Source: Rickettsiales bacterium (ex Bugula neritina AB1) (GTDB taxonomy: Bacteria; Pseudomonadota; Alphaproteobacteria; CAJXXZ01; UBA1459). Taken from it: a stretch of 64,000 nucleotides of DNA. Below, piece after piece: positions 1 through 9,319 of the stretch. The stretch is taken from NCBI GenBank assembly GCA_001730065.1, contig MDLE01000007.1, positions 4,435 to 68,434 on the forward strand, written 5' to 3'. Positions within the stretch are counted from its first letter, which is position 1. The number at the start of each line of letters is the position of its first letter. The position numbers were made by a program, and so were the translations under genes. The notes under the pieces are model-generated. The model had not been told where the DNA came from and did no database searches. It saw nothing but the letters and a program-made list of their open reading frames with translations.

Positions 1-156
1 TAAAATCTTTGATAATAAAAAATTTTTTTTTAAACCATTTATAAGATATTGACTATAGTTCTTATAAGCATAATCTACTAAATGATCAGGTAGGTATTTT
101 CTCAAACGTTGTTTTTTTTGTTTTTCTAATCGATATATATGTGTATATCTATCCAT
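1..156 (-). CDS. Hypothetical protein, N-terminal 52 codons only (runs off window start)
   Basis: ATG at 154-156 (minus) opens a frame that stays open to position 1 (MDRYTHIYRLEKQKKQRLRKYLPDHLVDYAYKNY...). No recognisable motif. Confidence 0.3.
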   Translation of the reverse strand, partial: MDRYTHIYRLEKQKKQRLRKYLPDHLVDYAYKNYSQYLINGLKKNFLLSKIL

Positions 157-371
157 TATTTTATTTTAACATATTTTATTTTACAGCTAAAAAATTTTTT
201 TAAAGAATAGCATTATAAATATAATTATTCCTAAAAAAATTACAAATCCCATGTAAGATATATTAATTTGTAAATGTATCATATTTTAATTTTATTTTAA
301 TTATTAATAAAAAAATATAAATATTTAGGCTTCTTTAAACTAAAACAATATTGTGTTATTATTAAATTAAG

Positions 372-1871
372 ATGCAAATTAAAGAATTATTTTGTAGTTT
401 TGTTTTTGAAATCATAAAAGAAATGTATCAAAAAGATGATATAGAATTAAAAGAAATCATTATTAATGATAATGAAGATATATTTATAGATTTTCTATCT
501 AATAAAAATATTTCCTCTAAAGATTTTTTACAAATAGAAACAGAAATTAATAAAAAATTACAAGAAAATTCTAATATTCAACATATAAAATTTAAGATTC
601 TGAATATATCAGAAGTAAAAAAAGATTCTGTTTTTTGTCAAAGATTAACACTATGTTGTTTTGAAAAAGAAGAAGATTTAAAAATATATTGTGATGAACT
701 TCAACAAAAAATAGCAAATGATCATAGAAATTTAAATGATAAATTAAATTTTTTTTGTCAAATACCTATTAGTAAAGGTAATGTATTGTTTTTAAAAAAT
801 GGAGCACTTTTATTTAATAGAATTATAAGATATTTAGAAAATCAATATGAAAAAAATGACTATTATATTGTCAAAACACCTATTATATTTCAATCACAAA
901 TGTGGGAAAAAACAGGTCATATGGATAAATATAAAGATAATATATTTATTACAGAAGAAGGAGAAATTATTAAACCCATGAACTGTCCTGCTCATATGGA
1001 AATATTTAATCATTTATCTTTATCCTACAAACAACTTCCTTTACGTATAGGTGAAATAGGTTATGTACATCGAAAAGAAGATGTAGGTGGATTGCAGGGA
1101 TTAAAAAGATGTAGAGGTTTTCATATTGATGATGGACATATTTTTTTAGAAATTGAAGATATTCCCAAAGAACTAAAGTTATTTTTTGAAATGTTGAATA
1201 CTATTTATGGAGATTTTGGTTTTAATTCCTATGAAGTATATTTAACAACACGCCCAGAAGAGAGTATTGGTGATGATGTTTTATGGGAAAAAGCAGAAAA
1301 TCTCCTTCAGGAATATTTAGAAAATGCAAATATTCCATATATTTTAGAAAAAGGAGATGGAGCTTTTTATGGTCCTAAATTAGAAATAAGAATTACAAAA
1401 AAATTTACACTAGGTACTATACAAATAGATTTTTTTCTTCCAAAAAAACTTGATATTACTTATATTAACCCTCAAAACACACCTACTTATCCTATTGTCT
1501 TACATAGAGCAGTATTAGGTTCTTTAGAAAGATTTATAGGATTCTTAATAGAATATTATGAAGGTAATTTACCTATTTGGTTATCACCTATCACTGTATC
1601 TATTATTTCTTTAGAGAATAGTAGCTATTCCCAAAAAGTTATAGATAAATTAAAAAAAAATAATATAAGAATAAATGTAAATAATTCTGAAGAACATATG
1701 AACAATAAGATAAAAAAAGCATTACAGGATAAAATACCTTATATAATAATAATTGGTAATAAAGAAGCAACAAATAATACGATTACTTTGAGGTTAAAGG
1801 ATAAAAATATTATTTTAACAATTGAAGATTTTATTCAAAAATATATAATTGATGAAAATTACTATAGATAG
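372..1871 (+). CDS. thrS: Threonyl-tRNA synthetase, N-terminally shortened (499 aa)
   Basis: Class II ThrRS core motifs KPMNCPAHMEIF, GLKRCRGFHIDDGHIF, HRAVLGSLERFIG and a C-terminal anticodon-binding domain. The DHR landmark sits at aa 117, against about aa 240 in E. coli. Confidence 0.9.
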   Translation: MQIKELFCSFVFEIIKEMYQKDDIELKEIIINDNEDIFIDFLSNKNISSKDFLQIETEINKKLQENSNIQHIKFKILNISEVKKDSVFCQRLTLCCFEKEEDLKIYCDELQQKIANDHRNLNDKLNFFCQIPISKGNVLFLKNGALLFNRIIRYLENQYEKNDYYIVKTPIIFQSQMWEKTGHMDKYKDNIFITEEGEIIKPMNCPAHMEIFNHLSLSYKQLPLRIGEIGYVHRKEDVGGLQGLKRCRGFHIDDGHIFLEIEDIPKELKLFFEMLNTIYGDFGFNSYEVYLTTRPEESIGDDVLWEKAENLLQEYLENANIPYILEKGDGAFYGPKLEIRITKKFTLGTIQIDFFLPKKLDITYINPQNTPTYPIVLHRAVLGSLERFIGFLIEYYEGNLPIWLSPITVSIISLENSSYSQKVIDKLKKNNIRINVNNSEEHMNNKIKKALQDKIPYIIIIGNKEATNNTITLRLKDKNIILTIEDFIQKYIIDENYYR

Positions 1872-1987
1872 CATAAAAACACAACTCTACAAGACTAATA
1901 TATGTTATTATGCCTTTTAAATATATACTTATAACATTAAAAAAGTGTTAATATACATAAAATTAAATATATTATATCGTAGATATT

Positions 1988-3322
1988 TTAATGTAAGTAT
2001 TTTGTGAGTCTTCTTATTAATTCTTCCTTACCAATATATGATAATACATCCCATAAAGGTGGAGAAATTTCTTGATTTGTTAAAGCAATACGTATTATAA
2101 GTAAACAATTATTTTGTTTATGTAATTCCATTAATTTCTCTTGTAGATTTTCTTTTTTTTCATCTATATTTTCTAAAAGATGAATTATATCTTTTAAAAT
2201 TTGAGAATTTTTATGAATAATATCAAGATTTTCTTTTTTTAAAATAGGTTCTTCAAAAATAAATTTAAGGGAATTTTTTAATGCACTTATATTACTATAT
2301 CTTTTACTAAATTCTTCAATAATTTTTATAAAAAGAGAAGGATTTTTTAGGTTTTCAAAATTATCAACTATTAAATTTATATAATCTTTATAATTATTTT
2401 TTAAGTAATAATTTCCTAAATATTGAAGTTTTTTTTCATCAAAAATTGCTGGTGATTTAGAAATTTTTTCTATATTAAATAGATTAATAGCTTCTTGTAA
2501 AGAAAAAATTTCTTTATTTTTATAACCCCATCCAAGACGAATTAAAAAATTAAACAACGCTTCCTGTAAAAATCCTTTATTTTTATATTCAAGTACACTT
2601 ACACTACCATTTCTTTTAGAGAGTTTTTTTTTATCATCACCAAAGATCATGGGGAAATGCCCAAAATTTGGTGGTTTTTTCTCTAATTCTTTATATAACA
2701 AAATTTGTTTTGGTGTGTTATATATATGCTCATTACCTCTCAAAACATCTGTAATATTTAATTCTATATCATCTACAACTACCGTTAAATTATAGGTGGG
2801 TATAGAATTAGATCTTAATAAAGCAAAATCTTCAATTGTATTTGTGTTGACAGTAATGTTTTTTTTTAATACTAAATCTTCAAAGGATATATTTATGTTT
2901 TTAGGAACTTTATAACGTAAAACACCATTTTTATATTTTTCATTTTTACAATAACAAAGTGAAAAATTATAATCTTTTTTTTCTTCTATTAAAAAATCAC
3001 ATTTACAATAATAGGCTTTATCTTTTTTATATAATTCTAAAGCAATATTTTGATAAATTTTTATTCTTTCTGATTGACGTAAAACTAAAGGTTCATAGTC
3101 TATTTTCATCCATTCTAATATGTCTTTAATTATTTTTTCATATTCTATTTTTGATCTTTCTAAGTCCGTATCTTCTATACGTAAAAAAAATTTACCACCA
3201 TTATTTTTAGCAAATAAATAATTAAACAATGCTGTTCTTAAATTTCCAATATGCATAGGACCTGTAGGTGATGGTGCAAATCGTAATATAGGTGGTTTTT
3301 TTATAGAATTTACTTCTTTCAT
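1988..3322 (-). CDS. gltX: Glutamyl-tRNA synthetase
   Basis: RFAPSPTGPMHIGNLRTALFNY (HIGH-type motif) and KLSKR (KMSKS-type motif); 444 aa. Confidence 0.92.
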   Translation of the reverse strand: MKEVNSIKKPPILRFAPSPTGPMHIGNLRTALFNYLFAKNNGGKFFLRIEDTDLERSKIEYEKIIKDILEWMKIDYEPLVLRQSERIKIYQNIALELYKKDKAYYCKCDFLIEEKKDYNFSLCYCKNEKYKNGVLRYKVPKNINISFEDLVLKKNITVNTNTIEDFALLRSNSIPTYNLTVVVDDIELNITDVLRGNEHIYNTPKQILLYKELEKKPPNFGHFPMIFGDDKKKLSKRNGSVSVLEYKNKGFLQEALFNFLIRLGWGYKNKEIFSLQEAINLFNIEKISKSPAIFDEKKLQYLGNYYLKNNYKDYINLIVDNFENLKNPSLFIKIIEEFSKRYSNISALKNSLKFIFEEPILKKENLDIIHKNSQILKDIIHLLENIDEKKENLQEKLMELHKQNNCLLIIRIALTNQEISPPLWDVLSYIGKEELIRRLTKYLH

Positions 3323-3415
3323 ATTTACATTATATATAAATATTATTATTTTTTATATAGAAATATTTTTTAGTTCTTTATTTATTTAAAGAAAAAAAGA
3401 TTATAATATATTCAT

Positions 3416-4438
3416 ATGTTAAATAAAATACAAATACCTATGTTTGAAAAACGTATACTTTTAGATCCTTTAAAATATCCATGGGCCTGGTCTTTCCATG
3501 AAGTTCAATCGTCAGTTTTTTGGCTACCAGAAGAGGTGTCATTAGATTTAGATTTAGTAGATTATAAACAACTTACGGAATATGAAAAAGGAGTGGTTAA
3601 TCGTATATTAGGTGCTTTTACAAAAATGGATGAAGAAGTGGGAGCCGTTTATGTAAATTTATATTTACCTCATTTTCAGGCAATAGAAATACGTATGATG
3701 TTATTAAGTTTTGCAAATATGGAAACAATACATGTGAAAGCTTATCGTAGCCTACCTATTGCTTTAGGTATATATGATAACCATTCTTTTGAAAAAGAAT
3801 TTATGGAATATAAGGAAATACAAGATAAATATGAGTATATGCAAAATTTTAAAGATGCATCTTATGAGGATATAGCTATTAATTTAGCGGTTGTATCAGG
3901 TTTTATAGAAGGTGTTGTATTATTCGGATCATTTGCAATTTTATTATATTTTTCTAAAAGAAGACCAGAATTAGGATTACGATCTCTTTTGAAGGGAGTT
4001 GGTCAAATTGTTGCTTTTTCTATAAGAGATGAAAGTATTCACTGTCAAGGTGTGATTACTTTATATAAACAATACTTAAAAGAATTAAAAGAATTAAAAA
4101 TTAGTATAGATTTAGAATATATTCATAAACGTATTTTAGAAGAAGGAGAATTAATTATTGAAAATGAAATGAAGTTTATAGACTTTTGTTTTCAAAATGG
4201 TGATTTACAAGGTTTAACAAAAGAAGAAATCAAGGAATATATTCGTTATATTTTTAATAGACGACTAATAGATTTGGGATTAGAACCTAAATTTTCTATA
4301 AAAGATAATCCTCTACCCTGGGTGGATGCGGCGATTGGAGTAGAAATTAGAAATTTTTTTACGGGGGTTGCTACAAACTATCAAAAAGTAACAGAAAGTT
4401 CAGTATCTAGTTGGGATGATGTATCTTATGACATTTAA
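3416..4438 (+). CDS. nrdB: Ribonucleotide reductase class I small (beta/R2) subunit
   Basis: Di-iron and radical-site pattern: FTKMDEEVG, ANMETIHVKAY (E..H...Y), FIEGVVLFGSFA, IRDESIHCQ. Confidence 0.9.
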   Translation: MLNKIQIPMFEKRILLDPLKYPWAWSFHEVQSSVFWLPEEVSLDLDLVDYKQLTEYEKGVVNRILGAFTKMDEEVGAVYVNLYLPHFQAIEIRMMLLSFANMETIHVKAYRSLPIALGIYDNHSFEKEFMEYKEIQDKYEYMQNFKDASYEDIAINLAVVSGFIEGVVLFGSFAILLYFSKRRPELGLRSLLKGVGQIVAFSIRDESIHCQGVITLYKQYLKELKELKISIDLEYIHKRILEEGELIIENEMKFIDFCFQNGDLQGLTKEEIKEYIRYIFNRRLIDLGLEPKFSIKDNPLPWVDAAIGVEIRNFFTGVATNYQKVTESSVSSWDDVSYDI

Positions 4439-4850
4439 AAAATTTGAGAAAAAAAATACTAAACTTCAAGATATTATAAAAGTAAAATTATTAGCAAATA
4501 GTAAACCTCCTAGGTATTTAAGTAAAAATACTTCATCTATATCTTTATTTTCTCGTGAAAAAGTTATCATAAATAGTAAAAGTTTATGCGTAGTGGCAAC
4601 GGGTGTTTGTATGAGTGTTAATAAAAAGTGTCGTATTGATTTAGTATCTCCAAAAAATTTTCAACTACCATTGTTAGTAGTAAATAAACCTGCTACAATT
4701 GATGTGGATTATAGGGGTGAAATTAAAATCATTTTCTTTAATTTAAGTAATAAAGATATAGTTATAGAAGAACAAAATCTAGTAGGTGAATTATTATTAA
4801 TAGAACACCAAAAAAAAATAGAATGTGAAAGGAACAAAAATGTGGTATAA
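4416..4850 (+). CDS. dUTPase-family paralogue 1, degenerate (keeps canonical motif 3 only)
   Basis: ATIDVDYRGEIKIIFFN aligns without gaps to E. coli Dut GLIDSDYQGQLMISVWN. Motif 1 (AGLDL) is replaced by SISL, motif 2 (RSG/RSS) by SPKN and motif 4 (RIAQ) by LVGE, and the motif 5 C-terminal arm is absent. FFNLSNKDIVIEE is paralogous to FFNLSKEDIVIKT in the next ORF. The start could instead be the ATG at 4428. Confidence 0.6.
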   Translation: MMYLMTFKKFEKKNTKLQDIIKVKLLANSKPPRYLSKNTSSISLFSREKVIINSKSLCVVATGVCMSVNKKCRIDLVSPKNFQLPLLVVNKPATIDVDYRGEIKIIFFNLSNKDIVIEEQNLVGELLLIEHQKKIECERNKNVV

Positions 4851-5421
4851 AAACAATGAAAATGAAAATAAAAATAACCGCTATGAAGGTGGAAATAATA
4901 GAAGAAATTTTAATAGGAATAATAGGAATTTTTCTAATGATAATAAATTTAGTAATAATAGAGATAAAAAAGGTTTTGGTACACAAAAAAGAGAACCTCT
5001 TAAAGTTAATGTAGATTTAATGGAAAATGCTATTTTACCCTCATATGCTACTGAAGGTTCTGCGGGTTTAGATCTTTTTTCTTTACAGGATATTACAATT
5101 AGTAGTAATTCTTTTGGAGAAGTTTCTACAGGTGTAAAATTATTTTTACCTCATAATAGAATTATTGCAGAGATTCGTTCTAGGTCAAGTTTAGGTAAAA
5201 AAGGATTAATTATACTTACAAATCATTTTGATTTTCAAGATAATGGTCAAGAAGTTATTGTTAAATTTTTTAACTTATCCAAAGAAGATATAGTAATTAA
5301 AACTAATGAAAGAATTGCACAAATTGTATTTAATAGTCTTTTAAGACCAGAAATAGAAATTAGAGATATGCTAGATAAAACCGTCCGTAATCAAGGTGGT
5401 TTTGGATCTACAGGTAAATAA
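4840..5421 (+). CDS. dut: dUTPase with N/R-rich N-terminal extension (motifs 1, 2, 4, 5 intact; motif 3 degenerate)
   Basis: LPSYATEGSAGLDLFS (motif 1), IRSRSSLGKKG (motif 2), ERIAQIVF (motif 4), RNQGGFGSTGK (motif 5). The motif 3 position reads HFDFQDNGQEV and lacks the IDxDY(R/Q)G signature. The ATG at 4840 is preceded by AAGGA; the track alternative is a GTG at 4825. It overlaps the upstream ORF stop within ATGTGGTATAA. Confidence 0.85.
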   Translation: MWYKNNENENKNNRYEGGNNRRNFNRNNRNFSNDNKFSNNRDKKGFGTQKREPLKVNVDLMENAILPSYATEGSAGLDLFSLQDITISSNSFGEVSTGVKLFLPHNRIIAEIRSRSSLGKKGLIILTNHFDFQDNGQEVIVKFFNLSKEDIVIKTNERIAQIVFNSLLRPEIEIRDMLDKTVRNQGGFGSTGK

Positions 5422-5424
5422 TTA

Positions 5425-7020
5425 ATGGAAGAAGACGACAAAAAACGTCTAAAAGAACTTGTATATTTTTTAAGATACTGTGATTTTATGTACTATCTTA
5501 AAAATATTTCTGTAGTAACAGATATAGAATATGATAAATTAAAAAAAGAACTCGAAGATTTAGAGATTAAATATCCTGATTTGATTATGAGTATTTCCCC
5601 TAATAATTATGTAGGTTTTTCGGATGATAATATATTGGAAGTTAAAAAACATTTATCACCTATGTTATCATTAAAAAATTCCTATAATATTATTGATATT
5701 ATTAATCATATCAATAAATATAAATTATTACCAGTATTATTAGAAGCAAAAATTGATGGTATATCTTTATCTATTGTCTATGAAAATTTTATTTTAAAAG
5801 AAGCATTATTAAGAGGTAATGGACATGAAGGTGAAGATGTTACTAATATAATAGTTGCAATGGATATTCCCTTAAAAATAAACAATAAAAATATCATAAA
5901 TATTAGAGGTGAAGTATATATTAATCAGGAAGATTTTTTAACTATTAATAATCAACGAAAAAAACTAAATTTAAAACTTTTTCAAACTTGTCGTAATTGT
6001 GTGGGGGGGATTTTAAGACAAAAAACCCATGAATATATAAAATATTTAAAATTTTTTCCCTATTATACGGATTTAAAATTTGTAAGTACACAAGAAGAAA
6101 ATCATAAAATCTTAAAAGATTATGGATTTAAAAATTTACCATATGTATATTGTGATAATATTGATAAGATTAAAGAAAAAACTAAATTATTTTTACAAAA
6201 TACTTATTCTTATCAAATAGATGGTATTGTAATTAAACCTAACAATTTAGAAGTTATTAAAAACTTAAATACAACTAACAGATATCCAAGAGCTTTAATA
6301 GCTTATAAATTTTCTCAATCTCAGTATAAAGTTAAAGTTATAGCTATAAAATGGCAGGTAACGCGTACTTATAAAATTATTCCTATTTGTAAAATTAATG
6401 AAATTATTATTGATGGAGCAAAAATAAATAGTATATATTTATATAATAAAAAATATTTACATGATAACAAAATTAATATAGGAAGTGAAATTATCATCGA
6501 GCGTGTAGGTGGGACCGCCCCTCAAATAAAAGAAGTTGTAAAGAAAAAATTTTTATTAATTTTATATAAATGTATCGTTTGTAATTTTTCCATCAAAGAA
6601 AATAATATTAATTATCTTTGTAGTAATAAATATTGTATTGGTGTTATAAAAGATCTATTATTATATTTTTCTAGAATGTTAAATTTTAAAGGTTTAGGAG
6701 AAGAAAATATTCATGCTATTATTATTAAAGAAAATATCAAATTTCCCTCAGAATTATTATATATATTAATTTTTAAGAATAATATTTCCTACATTAATGG
6801 TTATCAAAAAATTCAAAACTTTGTTAAGTCTATTTTTAAAAAAATATCATTATTTGATATTTTACGGGCATATGGATTTAGTAAAAGTGATTTGAAAAAC
6901 TTTAATGGTGAATTAAATAAAGAATTATTAGAAAAAAAATTAACAAATTGTTATGAAAATATATATAAATATCAAGAAGAAATTAATAATTCTTATAACC
7001 TAATAATTAATAATAAATAA
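5425..7020 (+). CDS. ligA: NAD-dependent DNA ligase, short form (531 aa, no BRCT region)
   Basis: Adenylation motif EAKIDGISLS (KxDG), OB-fold region, and the four-Cys cluster CIVCNFS...CSNKYC. The ORF ends about 125 aa after the Zn finger. Confidence 0.88.
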   Translation: MEEDDKKRLKELVYFLRYCDFMYYLKNISVVTDIEYDKLKKELEDLEIKYPDLIMSISPNNYVGFSDDNILEVKKHLSPMLSLKNSYNIIDIINHINKYKLLPVLLEAKIDGISLSIVYENFILKEALLRGNGHEGEDVTNIIVAMDIPLKINNKNIINIRGEVYINQEDFLTINNQRKKLNLKLFQTCRNCVGGILRQKTHEYIKYLKFFPYYTDLKFVSTQEENHKILKDYGFKNLPYVYCDNIDKIKEKTKLFLQNTYSYQIDGIVIKPNNLEVIKNLNTTNRYPRALIAYKFSQSQYKVKVIAIKWQVTRTYKIIPICKINEIIIDGAKINSIYLYNKKYLHDNKINIGSEIIIERVGGTAPQIKEVVKKKFLLILYKCIVCNFSIKENNINYLCSNKYCIGVIKDLLLYFSRMLNFKGLGEENIHAIIIKENIKFPSELLYILIFKNNISYINGYQKIQNFVKSIFKKISLFDILRAYGFSKSDLKNFNGELNKELLEKKLTNCYENIYKYQEEINNSYNLIINNK

Positions 7021-7033
7021 TTTAAAAAATATA

Positions 7034-8107
7034 TTAATAATTTTTTTTAAAAAATAATAAATTTTTATATAAAAACTCATTAATATTTCCTTCTAAAAAA
7101 TTTGTTACGTTAACATTAGATATTTCTAAATTACTCCGAAGATCTTTAATTAGTTTGTAGGGATTTAGAGTGTAAGATCTAATTTGAGAACCCCAACTAA
7201 TATTATTTTTATTTTGAAAAGTTTTTTCCTTTTCTAAATTTAATTTTTCTTCTTCTTTTTCATTTAGTCGAATTTGTAGAATTTCTAAAGCTGTATTTTT
7301 ATTTTCTAATTGTGAACGTTGATTTTGACAACTCACTACAATCCCTGAAGGAACATGAAGAATTCTTACGGCACTGTCAGTTTTATTTACATGTTGACCA
7401 CCAGCACTAGAAGATTTATAAGTATCTATCATTAAATCTTTATTTTTAATAATTACTTTATTTTTTTCCACAATACCATATACATTTACGGATACAAAAC
7501 TTGTTTGACGCTTTTCTAATGCGTTAAAAGGTGAGTAACGTACAAACCTATGAGTTCCTTTTTCTGATTTTAATAATCCCAAACTATTTTTTCCTATAAT
7601 TTTAAGAAGTGCAAATTTTAAACCACAATCCGTATAAGATATATCTAAAATTTCATACTTACGTTGTGTTTTTTCCGTCCATTTTTGATATGTTTTTAAT
7701 AAAACATGTGCTAAATCTTCCGCGTCAACACCTCCTTTACCACTTTGAATTTCTAAAAAACAATTATTTTGTTCTTCTTTCGTAAGAAGTAAATCCATAA
7801 AATATTTATCTAATTCTTCTTTATATGATTTTATTTCTTTTATTAATATTTCTAATAAATTATCATCTTTTAATTCTAATAATTCTTTTATATTATTAAA
7901 TTTATTTATAATATCCTGATACTTATCTAAATTATCTGTAATGTTTTTTATTTCTTCATGAATTTTATTAGAATTTTTCTGCCACTCTTCTTTTTCAAGA
8001 GTATTTCTTAATAGTATTAATCTTTTATTAAGATTATCTTTATTAATATATTTATCTAAATTATTTAAAATATCTTCACAATAATTAAGATCTTTATAAT
8101 AATCCAT
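7034..8107 (-). CDS. prfB: Peptide chain release factor 2, uninterrupted ORF
   Basis: SPF tripeptide (RYSPFNA) and the GGQ motif (SSAGGQHVNKTDSAVRILH); 357 aa with no internal frameshift site. Confidence 0.92.
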   Translation of the reverse strand: MDYYKDLNYCEDILNNLDKYINKDNLNKRLILLRNTLEKEEWQKNSNKIHEEIKNITDNLDKYQDIINKFNNIKELLELKDDNLLEILIKEIKSYKEELDKYFMDLLLTKEEQNNCFLEIQSGKGGVDAEDLAHVLLKTYQKWTEKTQRKYEILDISYTDCGLKFALLKIIGKNSLGLLKSEKGTHRFVRYSPFNALEKRQTSFVSVNVYGIVEKNKVIIKNKDLMIDTYKSSSAGGQHVNKTDSAVRILHVPSGIVVSCQNQRSQLENKNTALEILQIRLNEKEEEKLNLEKEKTFQNKNNISWGSQIRSYTLNPYKLIKDLRSNLEISNVNVTNFLEGNINEFLYKNLLFFKKNY

Positions 8108-8116
8108 ATTATAATT

Positions 8117-9223
8117 TTAACATATTATTTTTGTTAATATAAAATTAATCATAAAAGTTGCAATATTACAAAAACCTATTGTAGGAATGACATAATTAGG
8201 TGTGTAATTTAATATATATACAGGTAATAAAAAACCACCTACTACTTCTAACAAACCCATTAAAAAATAAATAATAAAAATAAAAAATACAGAATATAAT
8301 TTTAATTGTGATATATATATTAAAATTAAATTAAAAGATATTTTTAATAACTGATCATTGCTTTTTTTAAAATCTCCTTTAAAGCTATATAAAAACCATA
8401 TAGCACCAGCAATTTTCCCCACAAACATATAAATTAATAAATTTTTGTTATTAATATTAGATGATATTTGAATATTTCCATAACTTAAAAAAATCATAGA
8501 TATAATAAAAACAAAAATAGTATATATTAAATCTTTATTTATTTTTAAATTTTTTTCAGATATTTCCAAATACTTTGGGAAAGTTGATAATAATATTATA
8601 ATTAAATTAATAAAAGAAATTATTAAATTTATTTTGTAAAAGTTATTTATGGAAATAGTTCTTCCACAAAAAATTAGAAATATAATTGTTATAAAATGTG
8701 ACAAAATAGATGTCCAGTTTATATAAATTCCTAAATCATTATAATAACTACGTGTAAAGGATAAAAAAAAATTTAAGGGCATTGTACTTAAACCTATACA
8801 AAACAATCCTATTGTATATATGGAATTAGAACTATAATATAATCCCCTAAAACTTCCTAAAAAAATCAATAATAATGACATGCAAATATTAATTTTATCT
8901 TTAGATGTATTGGAAAAAACAAATTTCATTATATAACTTATAAAATAATATGATAAAATACATAATGTTAAAGTAATATATTTATAAAATGAGAAAAATA
9001 ACATATTAGAAATTGTAAAGATTAAAAATATAAATATATAAAAAATATAATTATTTTTAGTTTTTATTTTTTCTAGTAAATTAGAATTCATAAAATTAGT
9101 GAAGATAAAAATAGATAAAACCTCCATTAATAATTTTTTATCCTCTATAAAAGGTAAAAATATAGACATAATTTGTAGAAAAAAGAAAAAATAAAAACTA
9201 ATAGATAATTTTGTTAAACTCAT
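8117..9223 (-). CDS. Multi-pass integral membrane protein (about 10-12 predicted TM helices), function unknown; possibly a transporter
   Basis: Long ORF, hydrophobic throughout, with short polar loops. No diagnostic motif recognised. Confidence 0.5.
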   Translation of the reverse strand: MSLTKLSISFYFFFFLQIMSIFLPFIEDKKLLMEVLSIFIFTNFMNSNLLEKIKTKNNYIFYIFIFLIFTISNMLFFSFYKYITLTLCILSYYFISYIMKFVFSNTSKDKINICMSLLLIFLGSFRGLYYSSNSIYTIGLFCIGLSTMPLNFFLSFTRSYYNDLGIYINWTSILSHFITIIFLIFCGRTISINNFYKINLIISFINLIIILLSTFPKYLEISEKNLKINKDLIYTIFVFIISMIFLSYGNIQISSNINNKNLLIYMFVGKIAGAIWFLYSFKGDFKKSNDQLLKISFNLILIYISQLKLYSVFFIFIIYFLMGLLEVVGGFLLPVYILNYTPNYVIPTIGFCNIATFMINFILTKIIC

Positions 9224-9319
9224 AGAGAATATTATATCATGTATTTAATATATCTTCTAGTGGTACCTTAAAATATTAATTATTGATATAATTAACATTT
9301 ATCGATATAATATAATTAT

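Noticed and set aside
187-282. A 31-codon minus-strand ORF encoding a hydrophobic peptide (MIHLQINISYMGFVIFLGIIIFIMLFFKKIF) in the intergenic region before thrS.
   Set aside because: It is too short, has no recognisable Shine-Dalgarno sequence and matches no family. It cannot be distinguished from chance without conservation or expression data.
1872-1987. GCATAA...TTATGC complementarity between the convergent thrS and gltX genes, considered as a bidirectional terminator.
   Set aside because: The 6-bp stem encloses a loop of about 31 nt and there is no flanking T-run of note, so the structure is not convincing.
3327-3342. An NrdR-box-like sequence ACATTATATATAAATA in the divergent gltX/nrdB promoter region.
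   Set aside because: Only 11 of 16 positions match the palindromic consensus, and all of the mismatches except one fall in the right half. The matching core is a generic TATATATA, and no convincing second box lies at the expected spacing.
4810-4850. Possible slippage at the A9 tract that would fuse the two dUTPase ORFs into one polypeptide.
   Set aside because: In the frame of the second ORF a TAG stop occurs at 4819-4821, immediately after the A-run. A shift within the tract therefore cannot join the frames. The ATG/TAA overlap (ATGTGGTATAA) fits translational coupling of two separate proteins better.
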